Below, piece by piece: positions 42,227 through 52,850 of a stretch of DNA of 64,000 bases. Each line of letters starts with the position of its first letter. The first letter of the stretch is position 1. The notes beneath the pieces were generated by a model that searched no databases, had not been told where the DNA came from, and saw only the letters and a program-made list of their open reading frames with translations. A program made the translations under genes and the position numbers. Source of the DNA: an uncultured Gemmataceae bacterium (GTDB taxonomy: Bacteria; Planctomycetota; Planctomycetia; Gemmatales; Gemmataceae); contig CAVVPN010000011.1 of NCBI GenBank assembly GCA_963750165.1, positions 768,001-832,000 of the forward strand. The letters are read 5' to 3'.

Positions 42227-42393
42227 AAAAACAGGTCATTGGCGATCTTCTTTCTGTCTTCAAGGAGGTACTCCATGAGCTTGCCCGAAACCATTCAACC
42301 CACCCACCTGGATCGCCTGGCCGTCGTCTACGTCCGCCAGTCCAGCCCCCACCAGGCCCTTGCCAATCAGGAGAGTCTCAAACTCCAGTATGA
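42178..42393 (+). CDS. Small accessory ORF overlapping both neighbours
   Basis: MSRSPRRVWSGLSDGLKKQVIGDLLSVFKEVLHE, an amphipathic helix. Confidence 0.4.
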   Translation: MSRSPRRVWSGLSDGLKKQVIGDLLSVFKEVLHELARNHSTHPPGSPGRRLRPPVQPPPGPCQSGESQTPV

Positions 42394-44343
42394 TCTGCGC
42401 CACAAGGCCCAGGCTGCCGGCTGGGACCCTGGCCGGATCCGGGTCATCGACACCGAGCTGGGCCGCACCGGCCGCTCCGCCACAGGACGCGCCGGCTTCC
42501 AGGAGCTGGTCACCCTGGTCAACCAGGAGCAGGTCGGCATCATCTTCGCCTACGACGTCACTCGCCTGGCCCGCAACTGCACCGACTGGTATCAGCTCCT
42601 CGACCTGTGCGGCTGGCGGCACTGTCTGGTCGGCGATCAGGACGGCATATACGACTCTACCACTCCCAATGGCAGACTTATCCTGGGACTCAAGGGCTTG
42701 ATCTCCGAACTGGAGCTGCACACCTTGCGGGCCCGCCTGACCGCCGGCCTGCTCAACAAAGCCCAGCGCGGTGAGCTGGCCAAACCGCTACCCATCGGAT
42801 TAATTCGCGACCCGCTGGGGCGGGTGCTCAAGCATCCCGACCAGGAGGTCCAGGGCCGGCTGGACCTGGTCTTCGCCACCTTCCTGCAGCTCCGAGCCGC
42901 CTGCCGGGTGGTCCGCCACTTCAACGGCCATGAGTTGCTGTTGCCGCGGCGAGATCGCTTTGGCGATCTGGTTTGGCGGCAACCGACGGTCCCGGCCATT
43001 CTGTCCATCCTGAAGAACCCCGCCTACGCCGGCGCGTTTGTCTACGGCCGGACCCGGACGGTGCCCAGGGCCGTGCGCCTCACGAGCGGACCCAGAAAAC
43101 GCTGCCGATGGACGAGTGGAAAATCCGCATCCCTGACAAGTATCCGGCCTACATTGATTGGCCGACGTTTGAGACAATCCAGGGTATGATCCGCGACAAC
43201 CACTCTGAGTATGATCGCAACCAGACCCGGGGTGTGCCTCGCCCCGGCAAGGCGCTGCTGCACGGCATCGTCTGCTGTGGCGAGTGTGGCCACCGGATGG
43301 TGGTGCAGTACAAGAAGGGGACCCGCTACCTCTGTAACTATCTGCGTCAGCACTGGCAGGTGCCGGTCTGTCAGAACCTGCCGGCCGACTCCATCGATGA
43401 CTGGGTCGTTGGGACCTTTTTCGATGTGCTTTCTCCGGCGGAACTGGATCTGTACAGCCAGGCCGTGGCGGCGTTACAGCAGGACGATGACCAGGTGCGG
43501 CAGGCACAGCGGCAACAGCTCGAACGGCTCCGCTACCAGGCGCGGCTGGCCGAGCGGCAGTACAACCAGGCCGACTCGGACAACCGGCTGGTGGCCGCCG
43601 AACTGGAGCGGCGCTGGGAGGCGGCACTGCGGGAACTGAAGGACGCGGAAGAGAAGTTCCAGCAGCAGCAACAACAGCCGCGGCTGGCCGAAGCGTTGAC
43701 TGCGGCAGAGAGGGAAGCGTTCCTGCAGGCCGGCAAGAAAATCCCCCAGTTGTGGCAACAGGGCCGGTTGTCGCAGCAGCAGAAGAAGGCGTTCCTGCAC
43801 TGCCTGATCGACAAGGTGGTCGTCCACCGCTCCGCTCCAGATACTATTCAGGTGCGTATTGTTTGGAGAGGTGGCGAGGCGACGGCCAAGGCGCTGACGG
43901 TGACGGTGGGCTCGCTGGCGCGGCGGTCGGGGTCGGCGGAGATGGAAAAGAAGATCCTCGAAATGGTCAAAGAGAACAAGAGCGATGAAGAGATTGCCAC
44001 TCTGTTGACCCGAGAAGGGCATCGTTCGCCGAAGCACGACGCCGTGCTGGTCAGCACGGTGCGAACCATCCGCCTGCGCCACCGCCTGTTCCGCAAGCGT
44101 AGCCAGTCCCACCCGCGCCACATCCCCGGCCACCTGACCATCCCGGAACTTGCGGACCGCCTGCGCCTCAAGCCAGGCTGGCTCTACCACCAGATTCACA
44201 ACGGCACGATCCAGGTCGCGCGCGACGCGGAAACGAACCTCTACCTGTTCCCCGACCACCCCAGTACCATCGCCCGGTTCGAGCAACTCCGGGCTGGCAA
44301 GATCCAGAAGTTGCGTTTTTATGGAGGGTATCAAGATGCGTGA
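42275..44343 (+). CDS. Large serine recombinase with a C-terminal HTH extension; frameshift near 43065
   Basis: AAGGAGGT RBS; YVRQSS, DVTRLARN, ILKNPAYAG, Zn ribbon CGECG..C..C, coiled coil, final LTIPELADRLRLKPGWLY. Confidence 0.9.
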
Positions 44344-44345
44344 TC

Positions 44346-44864
44346 GAAGAATTTGCGGATGTCCACTTCCAAGACCCAGCCGCCCCCGTTCTTCATCAAG
44401 TGCTGCCGTAGGTCTTCCAGAGCCTGGTGTGCCGATCGGCCTGGCCGAAACCCGTACGAGCAGGGCTTGAAGTCCTGCTCATAGATCGGTTGCAGTAGCA
44501 GGACGATCGCCCGCTGGAGGACCTTGTCCTCCAGCGTTGGTATCCCGATCGGCCGGGTCTCAGCAGACCCGGGTCCTTTCGCGATATGCACCCGTCGCAC
44601 CGGCGGTGCCCGGTAGGAGCCGGACTTGGCCCGTTCCAGAAGCGAACGCAGATTGGCAGTCAGGTCCGCTTCGTAGTCCGCGGCGGTGATCCCGTCCACA
44701 CCAGAAGCACCATCCCGGCGCGTGCTCCAGTAGGCCACGAGCAACCAGGTGAAGTCGAGGTGGTGGTTCAGGGAAGCGAATCCCATTTGCGGGGCTTGCC
44801 GCGCAAGCTCCGCTATCCGCCGTTGTCGCGTTGACACGGGATCGGCTCCTGGAATAGCCGCCAT
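44346..44864 (-). pseudogene. ltrA: Group II intron RT, N-terminal part
   Basis: GVDG, YRAPPVRRVHI, RPIGIPTLEDK, SYGFRPGRSAHQA, VLEVDIRKFF. Confidence 0.93.
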
Positions 44865-45772
44865 GTTTCCCTCCAGCGGATCGTTGACCAGAGGCCCCCT
44901 TCCCTGTCCAGGCTCCGGGCCGGGGTAGCCCGTTCGCCTGACGTAGCGGTACTATGAGGCCTTCCGACTCCTGCCTGCCCATCGGCCCAAGCTCATTGGG
45001 TTCGCCGAGGACCTACCGCCGTGTGCCAGCGATGAGTTCGCTCCCTTCGCGGCTCGCTGGCAACCGCGGGGCCCGGGCACCTTGAATCGGCTGACCCGCA
45101 CAGCCGAGAGTAACGGCGGGAACAGACAGGCCTCCCAGGTTCCTGGGGAACCCCAAGGTGGCCGCGCCGACTTCTAAAGACCCCGGCGGGACCGCCCCCC
45201 AGGCCAGTACAGGAGAGCAGGCGCGGCCACCACATGCGCGCACGGCAGGGGCTCCCGCGAAGAGACCTAATTTCGGGGCTGAATGGGCCGGCTCGGGACA
45301 CAGGCTGTCTACGCTTCGCCCGCCAGGTCGCCCTGGAGGACGCAAGACTCGCTTCCGGCTGTTGGCCAGACTCTACCGGGTGGGCTCGATGACCCACTGG
45401 GTTCCACCGAAAGGTTTTGAGCTGTTTCCTACATCTCTCCTCCTTCCCCAGGCTTTCCCTGGCGCAGCGCGCTTCGGTCCGCCCCACCGAAGTGAGTTCG
45501 TGTCGAAGCGTTCGACGCGGAGGTCACATCGGCCGCTGGATCGACCAAGCGGGCACAGTCCGTGAGCACCCCGCAGCGCCAGTGCCCGCGGGTAGGCGCC
45601 CGCCACCTTCGTCTTCGGCGTTCGTAACCGAGCGCTGGCGTTGCGGCGCGTCTGCCGACCGTGTCCCGTGTTCATTTTCCCTTCAGCATCGGTCTCAGGC
45701 TTGACCCGCCCGGCAGCCGGCGGTAGCTGTGAAGGCGCCCACCGGGTGACGGGGATTCGGCGTCGCGGCACG

Positions 45773-46192
45773 CTACTTCTTCTTCTCGCGCAACGGCTGA
45801 TTCGCTTCGCGCACCATCGTGAGCACGACGGCCCCGGCCTGGAGGGGGTTGCCGCGCCGCTGGTCGCGGACACCGGCGTTGGGCCAGATGGTCAGTTTCA
45901 GCCGGCCGCCCTCCAACCAGTTGGTGCAGACCACCGTCTCCCGGTCGCCTGCCAGGTCCAGGAGCCCGGCCGCGACGTTCACCCTGGCCCCGCCGCGGCT
46001 GCCGCCGAACGGGCTGACGAACGCGAACGACTCCCCGTTCAAAGTCAGGCGGTAGGGCGTGGCGGCCGGGTCGATGTCCAGGGCGCCCCGGGCGGTCTCC
46101 ATCCGCACGGCAGCCCAGGTGCCGGACAGTTCCGGCGGCGCGTCCTGGGGCGCGGCGTAGCACAGGGTGGTGAGGACCAGGGTACGGAACAT
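45773..46192 (-). CDS. Small secreted TIGR03067-like protein
   Basis: Signal peptide, then ELSGTWAAV...LEGGRLKL. Confidence 0.6.
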   Translation of the reverse strand: MFRTLVLTTLCYAAPQDAPPELSGTWAAVRMETARGALDIDPAATPYRLTLNGESFAFVSPFGGSRGGARVNVAAGLLDLAGDRETVVCTNWLEGGRLKLTIWPNAGVRDQRRGNPLQAGAVVLTMVREANQPLREKKK

Positions 46193-46456
46193 GGTCGGGG
46201 ACTACTGGGGCGGAACCGGGCTGCGACCAGTTCAACTGGGCGCAATCGCCAGGTCAAGTGGAGGCCCCGGATGGCCCTGAGTTTTTCGTTGACGGCGGCG
46301 CGGGCCGGCCGGAAGATGTCGTGGGGGTGACGAAAGGCACGGATTGCGCTTCACCGCCGGGGTGTCGGTGCTCGCGGCTTGCGGCCGCCGAACAGCCGGA
46401 TCGTCGGCATGACCCGGTGTTTACCTCGTTTCAATCATAAGGAAGGAGTTGCTCTC

Positions 46457-48679
46457 ATGCTCCGGCACCTACTTTTGCCAGCCTTGCTTTGCCTGGGAGG
46501 ACCAGTTGTTGCCTCCGCGCAGAACCCGGCCGCCGGCAAACGATCGGTCGCGGACCTCATTGCCGGACTCAAAAAAAGCGAGTATGAGAAAACGCAAGCT
46601 TTTCAGGAACTGGAGGCCCTCGGCCCAAAGGCGGCGGCGGCCATCGAGGCCCTGGTGGAGGTGCTGGCAGAAAATAATAAAAATGATCACCTGCGAGCGC
46701 TTATCGTCCTTGGGAAAATCGGCAAGCCTGCGGTGGAGCGGCTTACCCAGCTCCTGACCTGTGAGGACGAGGAGATCCGGCTTTATGCCGTCTGGGGGCT
46801 GGCCCTGGTCGGCCCTCCAGCCAAAGACGCGGCGCCGGCAGTGATCCAGGCGTTGGCGGATAAATCGGCCGGCGTGAGAGCGAAAGCGGCGTACGCCCTG
46901 AGCCGCATTCACCCGGAGCCGGAACAAGCCGTCCCCGCCCTGGTCAAGGCTCTGGCCGATGATGAGGAATCCGTGCGTCAAGCGGCGGCGGCGAGTCTGC
47001 CCCCCATGGGCAAGGCCGCCGTTGCCCCCCTGATCAATACCTTGCAATCCAACAAGGCCGGTCTCCGCGCAATCGCGGTCAGAATCCTCGTTGAGATCGG
47101 GGCGGCCGCGGAACCAGCCATTCCGCAGTTAAAGACCTTCCTGCTCCGGCCGGAAAAAGGAATTGCCGAATCGGCCGCCGAGGTCCTCGCCGGCCTTGGC
47201 GCCCCCGCAGTTCCCGTCCTGCGTGTGGCCGCCACCAATCCGGACAACAAGGTCCGCGACCTGGCGCTACGGTCGCTGCAAAAAATCGGCGCCCCCGCGA
47301 TTCCTACCCTGGTGGATCTCCTGGGCGACCAGAATCAGGAGTTGCGCCGCCGGGTCGCGGGGATTCTCGGCTCCATGCAGATTCACGACAAGATGGTGGT
47401 GAACGGCCTGGGGTACGCCCTCAAGGACAAGGACTTTCAGGTGCGGCGCAGTGCCTTGCAAGCCTTGCGCAGTTTCGGCACCGAGGCCAAGTTGGCGGAG
47501 CCTGACGTCAGCGCCTTGCTGACCGACCTCCACCCACAACTTCGACTGGAGGCATTTCAGACGTTACAGGGTCTGGGCGTTGACCCGCGTCCCATTTTGA
47601 AGAAGGCATTGAGCCATCCCGACCCCGCCGTTCGCACCCCTATCGCCAGCCTCATGGTGCAGCTCAAGGTGGAAGTCGATCTGGCAGAGCCGGTTCTCCT
47701 CCAGGGATTGAAGGAGAAGAACGGCGCCCTGAAGATGCTGGCGGCTCTGTCCCTGGCGCAACGCGGTTTGCAAGCCGACGTGGTCTTGCCCATCTTCATC
47801 GACGGCCTCAAGAACGAGGAGACCAGCGTCCGGCGGCAGGCGGCAGAAGCCATAGCCCGCTACGGCCCCAAGGGACGCATAGCGGAGGCCAACCTCACGG
47901 CCGCTCTGGACGATCCGGACGGCGGCGTCCGGTTACAGGCCCTGCTGGCACTGCGGAAGGTCGCAGATGCCAAAACGCTGATGCCGGCCATGATCAGGGT
48001 ACTCAAACAAAAGGACACCATCCTACACCGTCAGGCGGCCCAGGTTATTTTCCAGGTCGGGCCCGAGGCGGTGGGATTCATCGTGGCGGTTCTCAAGCAG
48101 GAGGACGCGCCGGCCGTACGGCTGGTGTGTTTGCAGACGTTGGCGATGGTCGGGCCGCGGGCCAAGGAAGCCGTGCCCGAGTTGATCAAGGCGCTGAAGG
48201 AGCCTGCGCCACGGGCCAGACTGAACGCCGCCCGCGCCCTGGGCAACATTGGTCCCGACGCCAGGGAGGCTCGAACGGCACTGGCCCAGGCCGAGAAGGA
48301 TGCCGACGACACCGTGCAAAAAATCGCCAGTGCCGCTCTGGCCCAGATCATTGCCGACCCCAAACAGACAATATTCGAGGCGCAGGGGTTGCTCGCTCCA
48401 GGCGATCCGCTCGATCGAGTGCGCACCGGTGCCTTCCACGTGGTTCATACCTTCCCGATGAAAGCCGGTAAAACCTACACGGTCAACCTGAAGTCGCCCT
48501 GGGATAATTTCCTGCGCTTGGAAGACCCGCAAGGCCAGCAGGTGGCTCAGGACGACGACAGTGGCGGGATGCTCAACGCCCGGATCATTTACGTGGCCCC
48601 AACCGACGGCTGGTATCGGATCATTGTCACCAGTTACGGCAATGGTGTCTCGGGGAATTACACGTTGAAGGTTGAGTGA
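46457..48679 (+). CDS. Secreted HEAT-repeat protein with a C-terminal PPC-like domain
   Basis: Repeated A.PALV.AL.D....VR..AA..L; C-terminal DNFLRLED..G..VAQDDDSGG.LNARI. Confidence 0.9.
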   Translation: MLRHLLLPALLCLGGPVVASAQNPAAGKRSVADLIAGLKKSEYEKTQAFQELEALGPKAAAAIEALVEVLAENNKNDHLRALIVLGKIGKPAVERLTQLLTCEDEEIRLYAVWGLALVGPPAKDAAPAVIQALADKSAGVRAKAAYALSRIHPEPEQAVPALVKALADDEESVRQAAAASLPPMGKAAVAPLINTLQSNKAGLRAIAVRILVEIGAAAEPAIPQLKTFLLRPEKGIAESAAEVLAGLGAPAVPVLRVAATNPDNKVRDLALRSLQKIGAPAIPTLVDLLGDQNQELRRRVAGILGSMQIHDKMVVNGLGYALKDKDFQVRRSALQALRSFGTEAKLAEPDVSALLTDLHPQLRLEAFQTLQGLGVDPRPILKKALSHPDPAVRTPIASLMVQLKVEVDLAEPVLLQGLKEKNGALKMLAALSLAQRGLQADVVLPIFIDGLKNEETSVRRQAAEAIARYGPKGRIAEANLTAALDDPDGGVRLQALLALRKVADAKTLMPAMIRVLKQKDTILHRQAAQVIFQVGPEAVGFIVAVLKQEDAPAVRLVCLQTLAMVGPRAKEAVPELIKALKEPAPRARLNAARALGNIGPDAREARTALAQAEKDADDTVQKIASAALAQIIADPKQTIFEAQGLLAPGDPLDRVRTGAFHVVHTFPMKAGKTYTVNLKSPWDNFLRLEDPQGQQVAQDDDSGGMLNARIIYVAPTDGWYRIIVTSYGNGVSGNYTLKVE

Positions 48680-48971
48680 GGGCAAGCCGATGTCCGTTGC
48701 GCGTCGGTCCGCCCCTTCTCTGCACGGAACGCACTTTCGCCAAGCTGCTTCGGACACAACGCCGGGGGCAGTAACGAAGTACTGGGGGCTCACCGCGGGA
48801 TTGACTGGCGGCAGTCGCAGGAAGAGGGTTGGCGAGGTCGCCGGCCCGGCGGGCTTCGTACAATCTTTTCATTGCCTCTGCGCCGCCGGCATACGCGCCC
48901 TGCGGCCACGTCAAGGAGGTGCCGGACGGGGCGAGCGCCTGCCCTTGGTTTTCCTCGCACCTGGAAGGTAG

Positions 48972-49593
48972 GTGACCGTGTTCCGCGTGTGCCTGCTCAG
49001 TGCCCTGCTCCTGACCCCATTGGCGGCCGACCAACCGGAGCAGGAGCCGCCCTACCAGATCCCCACGCCCACGGGGTGGGCCAAGGAGACCATCGCCCTG
49101 CCGCCGGCATTCGCGCCGGACATGAAGTGGAAGGGGGCCGAGGAGTTGCGCTTCGCCCCGGGCATGTTCAAGGCGGACGCCCCCGACTTCTTCTCCTACG
49201 CCCTGCTGTTCTGGCTGCCCGAGGGTGCGGAGATCGACGCCAAGACGATGGAGCGGGAGTTGCTCGCCTACTTCCGGGGCCTCGCCGCGGCGGTGTTGAA
49301 AGGCAAGAAGCAGGCGGTGGACACGAAGACCTTCCGCCTGACCATCACGGCCGCTCAGCGGCAGCCCGACAAGCGGCCTGGGGGTGAGGGGGTGGCAGGC
49401 TACGTCGGCGAACTGAAGTGGACCGAGCCGTTCGCCACCGGCAAGCCCCAGACGCTCCGCCTGGAGATCCACAGCTGGCCGAGGCGCGAAGCACAAGCAC
49501 CACTGCGTCTTCGTCTGTGCCTCGCCCCAGCCGGAGGCCGGCGCGGTGTGGAAAACCCTGCGCGAGATCCGGGCCGGCTGCACCTTCCGCTAA
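48972..49593 (+). CDS. Secreted hypothetical protein with a frameshift near 49485
   Basis: EELRFAPGMF..FFSY; a second frame gives a natural ending KHHCVFVCASPQP..VWKTLREIRAGCTFR*. Confidence 0.65.
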
Positions 49594-49996
49594 CCGACCA
49601 GGCAGGGCGCTGTAGACCGCTGAGGCGTGTCGGACCGCTGCGCGCTGTGGACTTCGGCTTGCTCGCGTCGGTCGGGGTGACCGGAGCAGATTAGCAGAAT
49701 TGCCGAGCGGGTAGAGGCGGGGCGGGCCAAAGCGCGCATGGGGAATCGTTAACAGAAAATGACTCCAGCAAAGCTCAGGTGCTTTTTCCTTGAACCGCTG
49801 CGAACTCGATGTTACCCTGTCGATTGTACGGGGCCGTATCAATAACTTCTCCGGAGTCTGACACCGTGTTCCTGTCGCGAGTCCTCCCGTCTGCGGCGAT
49901 GTCGGCAGCGGGCCTTCCTCGAGAGCGGAAGGAAGCCTGGAAAGTCCACGGTTGCCGCACACCGGCCTCCGGCGCCCCCACTCCGGAGTGCTTCGG

Positions 49997-50515
49997 ATGA
50001 GCCGCTCAGGCCGGCGCCGGGCGCCACAGTCCGAGCCTGCTCCTTCGGCAGCCCGGGTGCAGGCTGGCCACAACCTGGCCCTTGGTCTGCGGGCCGCTTA
50101 CCTGATGATGCACCGCCGGGCCAACGCCGTGTTCAGTCGGTTCGGGCTGACGGCCGACCAGTTCGTCCTGCTGACAGCGTTGGCCGGGGGCGACGGGGTG
50201 ACGCAGAAGGAACTGGCGCGGCGCACTCACTCCGACCCGAACACGATGAGCGAGATGCTCGGCCGGCTGGAGCGGCGGGGATTGATCCTGCGAGAACGCC
50301 ACGCCGACGACGGGCGGGCCTTGAGGGTGTCCCTGACCGAGGCCGGTTGGGCTGCACAGCGGCGGGCCATGGAGGGAGTGGCTCCGTTCTGCGGGGCGCT
50401 CGCAGACCTCGTCCCGGCGGACGAGGGGGAGAAGTTGCTCGGCAACCTCAACCGGATCGCCGGCGGGATGGGTGCGACGGACTCGCCCTCGGCCCGCGAC
50501 GCGGGCGTCCGCTGA
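49997..50515 (+). CDS. MarR-family regulator
   Basis: GLTADQFVLL..TQKELA..LERRGLI.R....DGR...V.LT..G. Confidence 0.9.
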   Translation: MSRSGRRRAPQSEPAPSAARVQAGHNLALGLRAAYLMMHRRANAVFSRFGLTADQFVLLTALAGGDGVTQKELARRTHSDPNTMSEMLGRLERRGLILRERHADDGRALRVSLTEAGWAAQRRAMEGVAPFCGALADLVPADEGEKLLGNLNRIAGGMGATDSPSARDAGVR

Positions 50516-50582
50516 CCCGCCCTGCCGTTGCGTTTCTCGGACTTCCGATTCGTTTCCTGGTGAACTCTCTGGGAGGCCTGCG

Positions 50583-51503
50583 ATGAAGACGGTGGCGAAA
50601 CACGCGTGCTTGTTGACCGGGCTCGTCCTGACGGCCACCCTGCTGCCGGCCCGGGCGGCCGGCGAAGGCAAGGCCCCGGCGAATCAACAGGAAGGCGCCG
50701 TCCCCAAGGGGCAGCGCCTCTTCTACGCCTCGCACAGCCTGATGTGGTACGTCCCGACGCCGCTGGGCGAGTTGGCCGATGCCGCGGGGATCAAGGGCCA
50801 CAAACTGGTCGGCCTCCAGATGCTCGGCGCCTCCAGGACCGCGCAACACTGGAACCTGCCCGAGGAGAAGAACAAGGCCAAACAGGCGCTGAAAAAGGGC
50901 GGGGTGGACGTTCTCGTCCTGTCGCCGATCCAGTTCCCCGACGAGGGCATCGCCAACTTCGTCAAGCTCGGCCTGGAGCACAACCCCAACATGCGTTTCG
51001 TCGTCCAGGTTTCCTGGGGCGGCTGGGACATTGACAACCAGGACTTCCCCAAGGGGGCTACCGGCAAGGTGGACCGGAACAAGACGCCGGAGCAGCTGAA
51101 GAAACTCTACGCGCGCAACATCAAGGCCGCGGAGGAGCAGGCGGACGCGATCAACAAGAAGGCGGGCAAAAGGGTCCTGTTCCTGGTGCCCAGCGCCCAG
51201 GCGGTCGTGACCCTGCGGACGAAGATTCACAACAAGGAAATGCCCGGCCTGACCAGCCAGGCCGAACTGTTCCGCGACCCGATCAGCCACCCCGCGACGC
51301 CGCTGGAAGCCCTCAATACCTATCTGCATTACGCCGTGATTTATGGCCGAAGCCCGGTCGGCCTGCCCAGGCCCGCCCTGTTGAAGAACGCCAAAAAGGA
51401 AGCCTGGGATGACCAGTTCAACCGCACCTTGCAGGAGATCGCCTGGGAGACAGTGAGCGGCTACCCCTACAGCGGCGTCGCGGCTGCGGCGAAAGAAAAG
51501 TAA
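50583..51503 (+). CDS. Secreted SGNH-like hypothetical protein
   Basis: Signal peptide; FYASHSL and FRDPISH motifs. Confidence 0.7.
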   Translation: MKTVAKHACLLTGLVLTATLLPARAAGEGKAPANQQEGAVPKGQRLFYASHSLMWYVPTPLGELADAAGIKGHKLVGLQMLGASRTAQHWNLPEEKNKAKQALKKGGVDVLVLSPIQFPDEGIANFVKLGLEHNPNMRFVVQVSWGGWDIDNQDFPKGATGKVDRNKTPEQLKKLYARNIKAAEEQADAINKKAGKRVLFLVPSAQAVVTLRTKIHNKEMPGLTSQAELFRDPISHPATPLEALNTYLHYAVIYGRSPVGLPRPALLKNAKKEAWDDQFNRTLQEIAWETVSGYPYSGVAAAAKEK

Positions 51504-51534
51504 TGGCGTTCGGAGAGCAGGAGCGGGCAATGCC

Positions 51535-52850
51535 ATGAAAGCTCTCGTTGTCGGTGGCGGCATTGGCGGCCTCACCACCGCACTGTGCCTCCATGAGATC
51601 GGGGTCGAGGCCCGGGTGTTTGAATCCGTCGAGACGATTCGCCCGCTCGGAGTCGGCATCAACCTCTTGCCCCATGCCGTGCGGGTCCTCGATCAACTTG
51701 GGCTGTTGCCCCGGCTCACCGCGTCGGCCGTCACGACGGCGGACCTCGCTTACTTCAACAAGTTCGGTCAGTTGATCTGGCGGGAACCTCGGGGCCTGGC
51801 TGCCGGCTACGCCTGGCCGCAACTCTCCATTCACCGCGGCCGCTTGCAGGCGATCCTCCTCGACGAGGTGCGGCGTCGCCTGGGCCCGGACTCGGTTCGC
51901 ACCGGGTGCCATCTGGCTGAATTTGAGGACCGCGGCCGCGAAGTGTTCGCCCGCTTCGTGAAACGCAAGAGTGGCGCGACCCCCGTCTCGGAAACGGGTG
52001 ACCTGTTGGTGGGTGCGGACGGCATTCACTCTTGCGTTCGGACCACCTTTTACCCCAACGAAGGCGCCCGCGCTTCGCAGGGAAGATGCTCTGGCGCGCG
52101 ACCACGGAAACGGCGGCGTTCCTCACGGGCCGCTCGATGATCATGGCGGGACATGCGGCGCAGAAATTCGTTGCCTATCCGATCTGCCCCGCGGCCGCCG
52201 CGCAAGGCCGCTCCCTCGTCAACTGGGTGGCCGAGCTGGACGTCGGTACGAACCTGCCGGAGCGGCGCGACTGGAACCTGCGCGGCAGCAAGGCCGACTT
52301 CGCTTCCGCCTTCGCGGCCTGGCGTTTTGACTGGCTCGACATTCCGGCACTCATTGAAGGCGCCGCGGAGGTCTTCGTGTTTCCCATGGTCGATCGCGAC
52401 CCGCTGGAGCGCTGGAGTTTCGGCCGCGTCACCCTGCTGGGTGACGCCGCTCACCCGATGTACCCGGTCGGCTCCAATGGGGCTTCCCAGGCCGTTCTGG
52501 ACGCGGAGTCGCTGGCGGCGTCACTCGCCTCTTCAGCCGATGTTACCTCCGGCCTCCGGCAGTTTGAATCCGACAGACTGCCGGTCACGGCCACTGTCGT
52601 GCACAGCAATCGACACCTGGGGCCCGAAGTCGTCATGCAATTGGTGGAAGAGCGAGCGCCGGAAGGGTTCAAACAACTCAGTGACGTGATCACGCAGAGA
52701 GAGTTGGAGGAAGTGGCGGCACGCTACAAGGTGATCGCCGGGTTTGACCGGGACTCCCTCAACCGCACCGAACGCTCAACCCCGCCGGGAGTCGGTGGGG
52801 CCAGAAACGGTGGCGGTTTTGGAGCACCTCACGTGGTGGATGATTCATGA
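51535..52850 (+). CDS. FAD-dependent monooxygenase with a frameshift near 52065
   Basis: GGGIGG, GADGIHS, then LLGDAAHPMYP.G.NGASQA in the second frame. Confidence 0.9.

Larger units (their letters stand above)
41886..44345 (+). mobile_element. Large-serine-recombinase element inserted in the RT gene
   Basis: Removing 41886-44345 restores AAA TTC TTC GAC ACG CTG (KFFDTL). Only a 2-bp shared core (TC, or AA if 41889-44348); no longer TSD. Confidence 0.9.
40973..45467 (-). mobile_element. Group II intron (about 2 kb without the inserted element)
   Basis: Domain V/VI GAGCCGGATGCGGTAATTCCGCACGTCCGGATC...GGCGACCCGGC ends at 40973; RT ORF present; probable 5' end CTGCGCCAGGGAAAGCCTGG near 45467. 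Confidence 0.88.

Noticed and set aside
43050..43090. Programmed frameshift in the recombinase
   Set aside because: No canonical slippery heptamer, and similar breaks occur throughout the window; an error or mutation is more likely.
41061..44864. DGR or retron RT, possibly diversifying the WD40 repeats
   Set aside because: The RT has group II intron motifs, an X domain and adjacent domain V/VI RNA; no adenine-specific TR/VR pair was seen.
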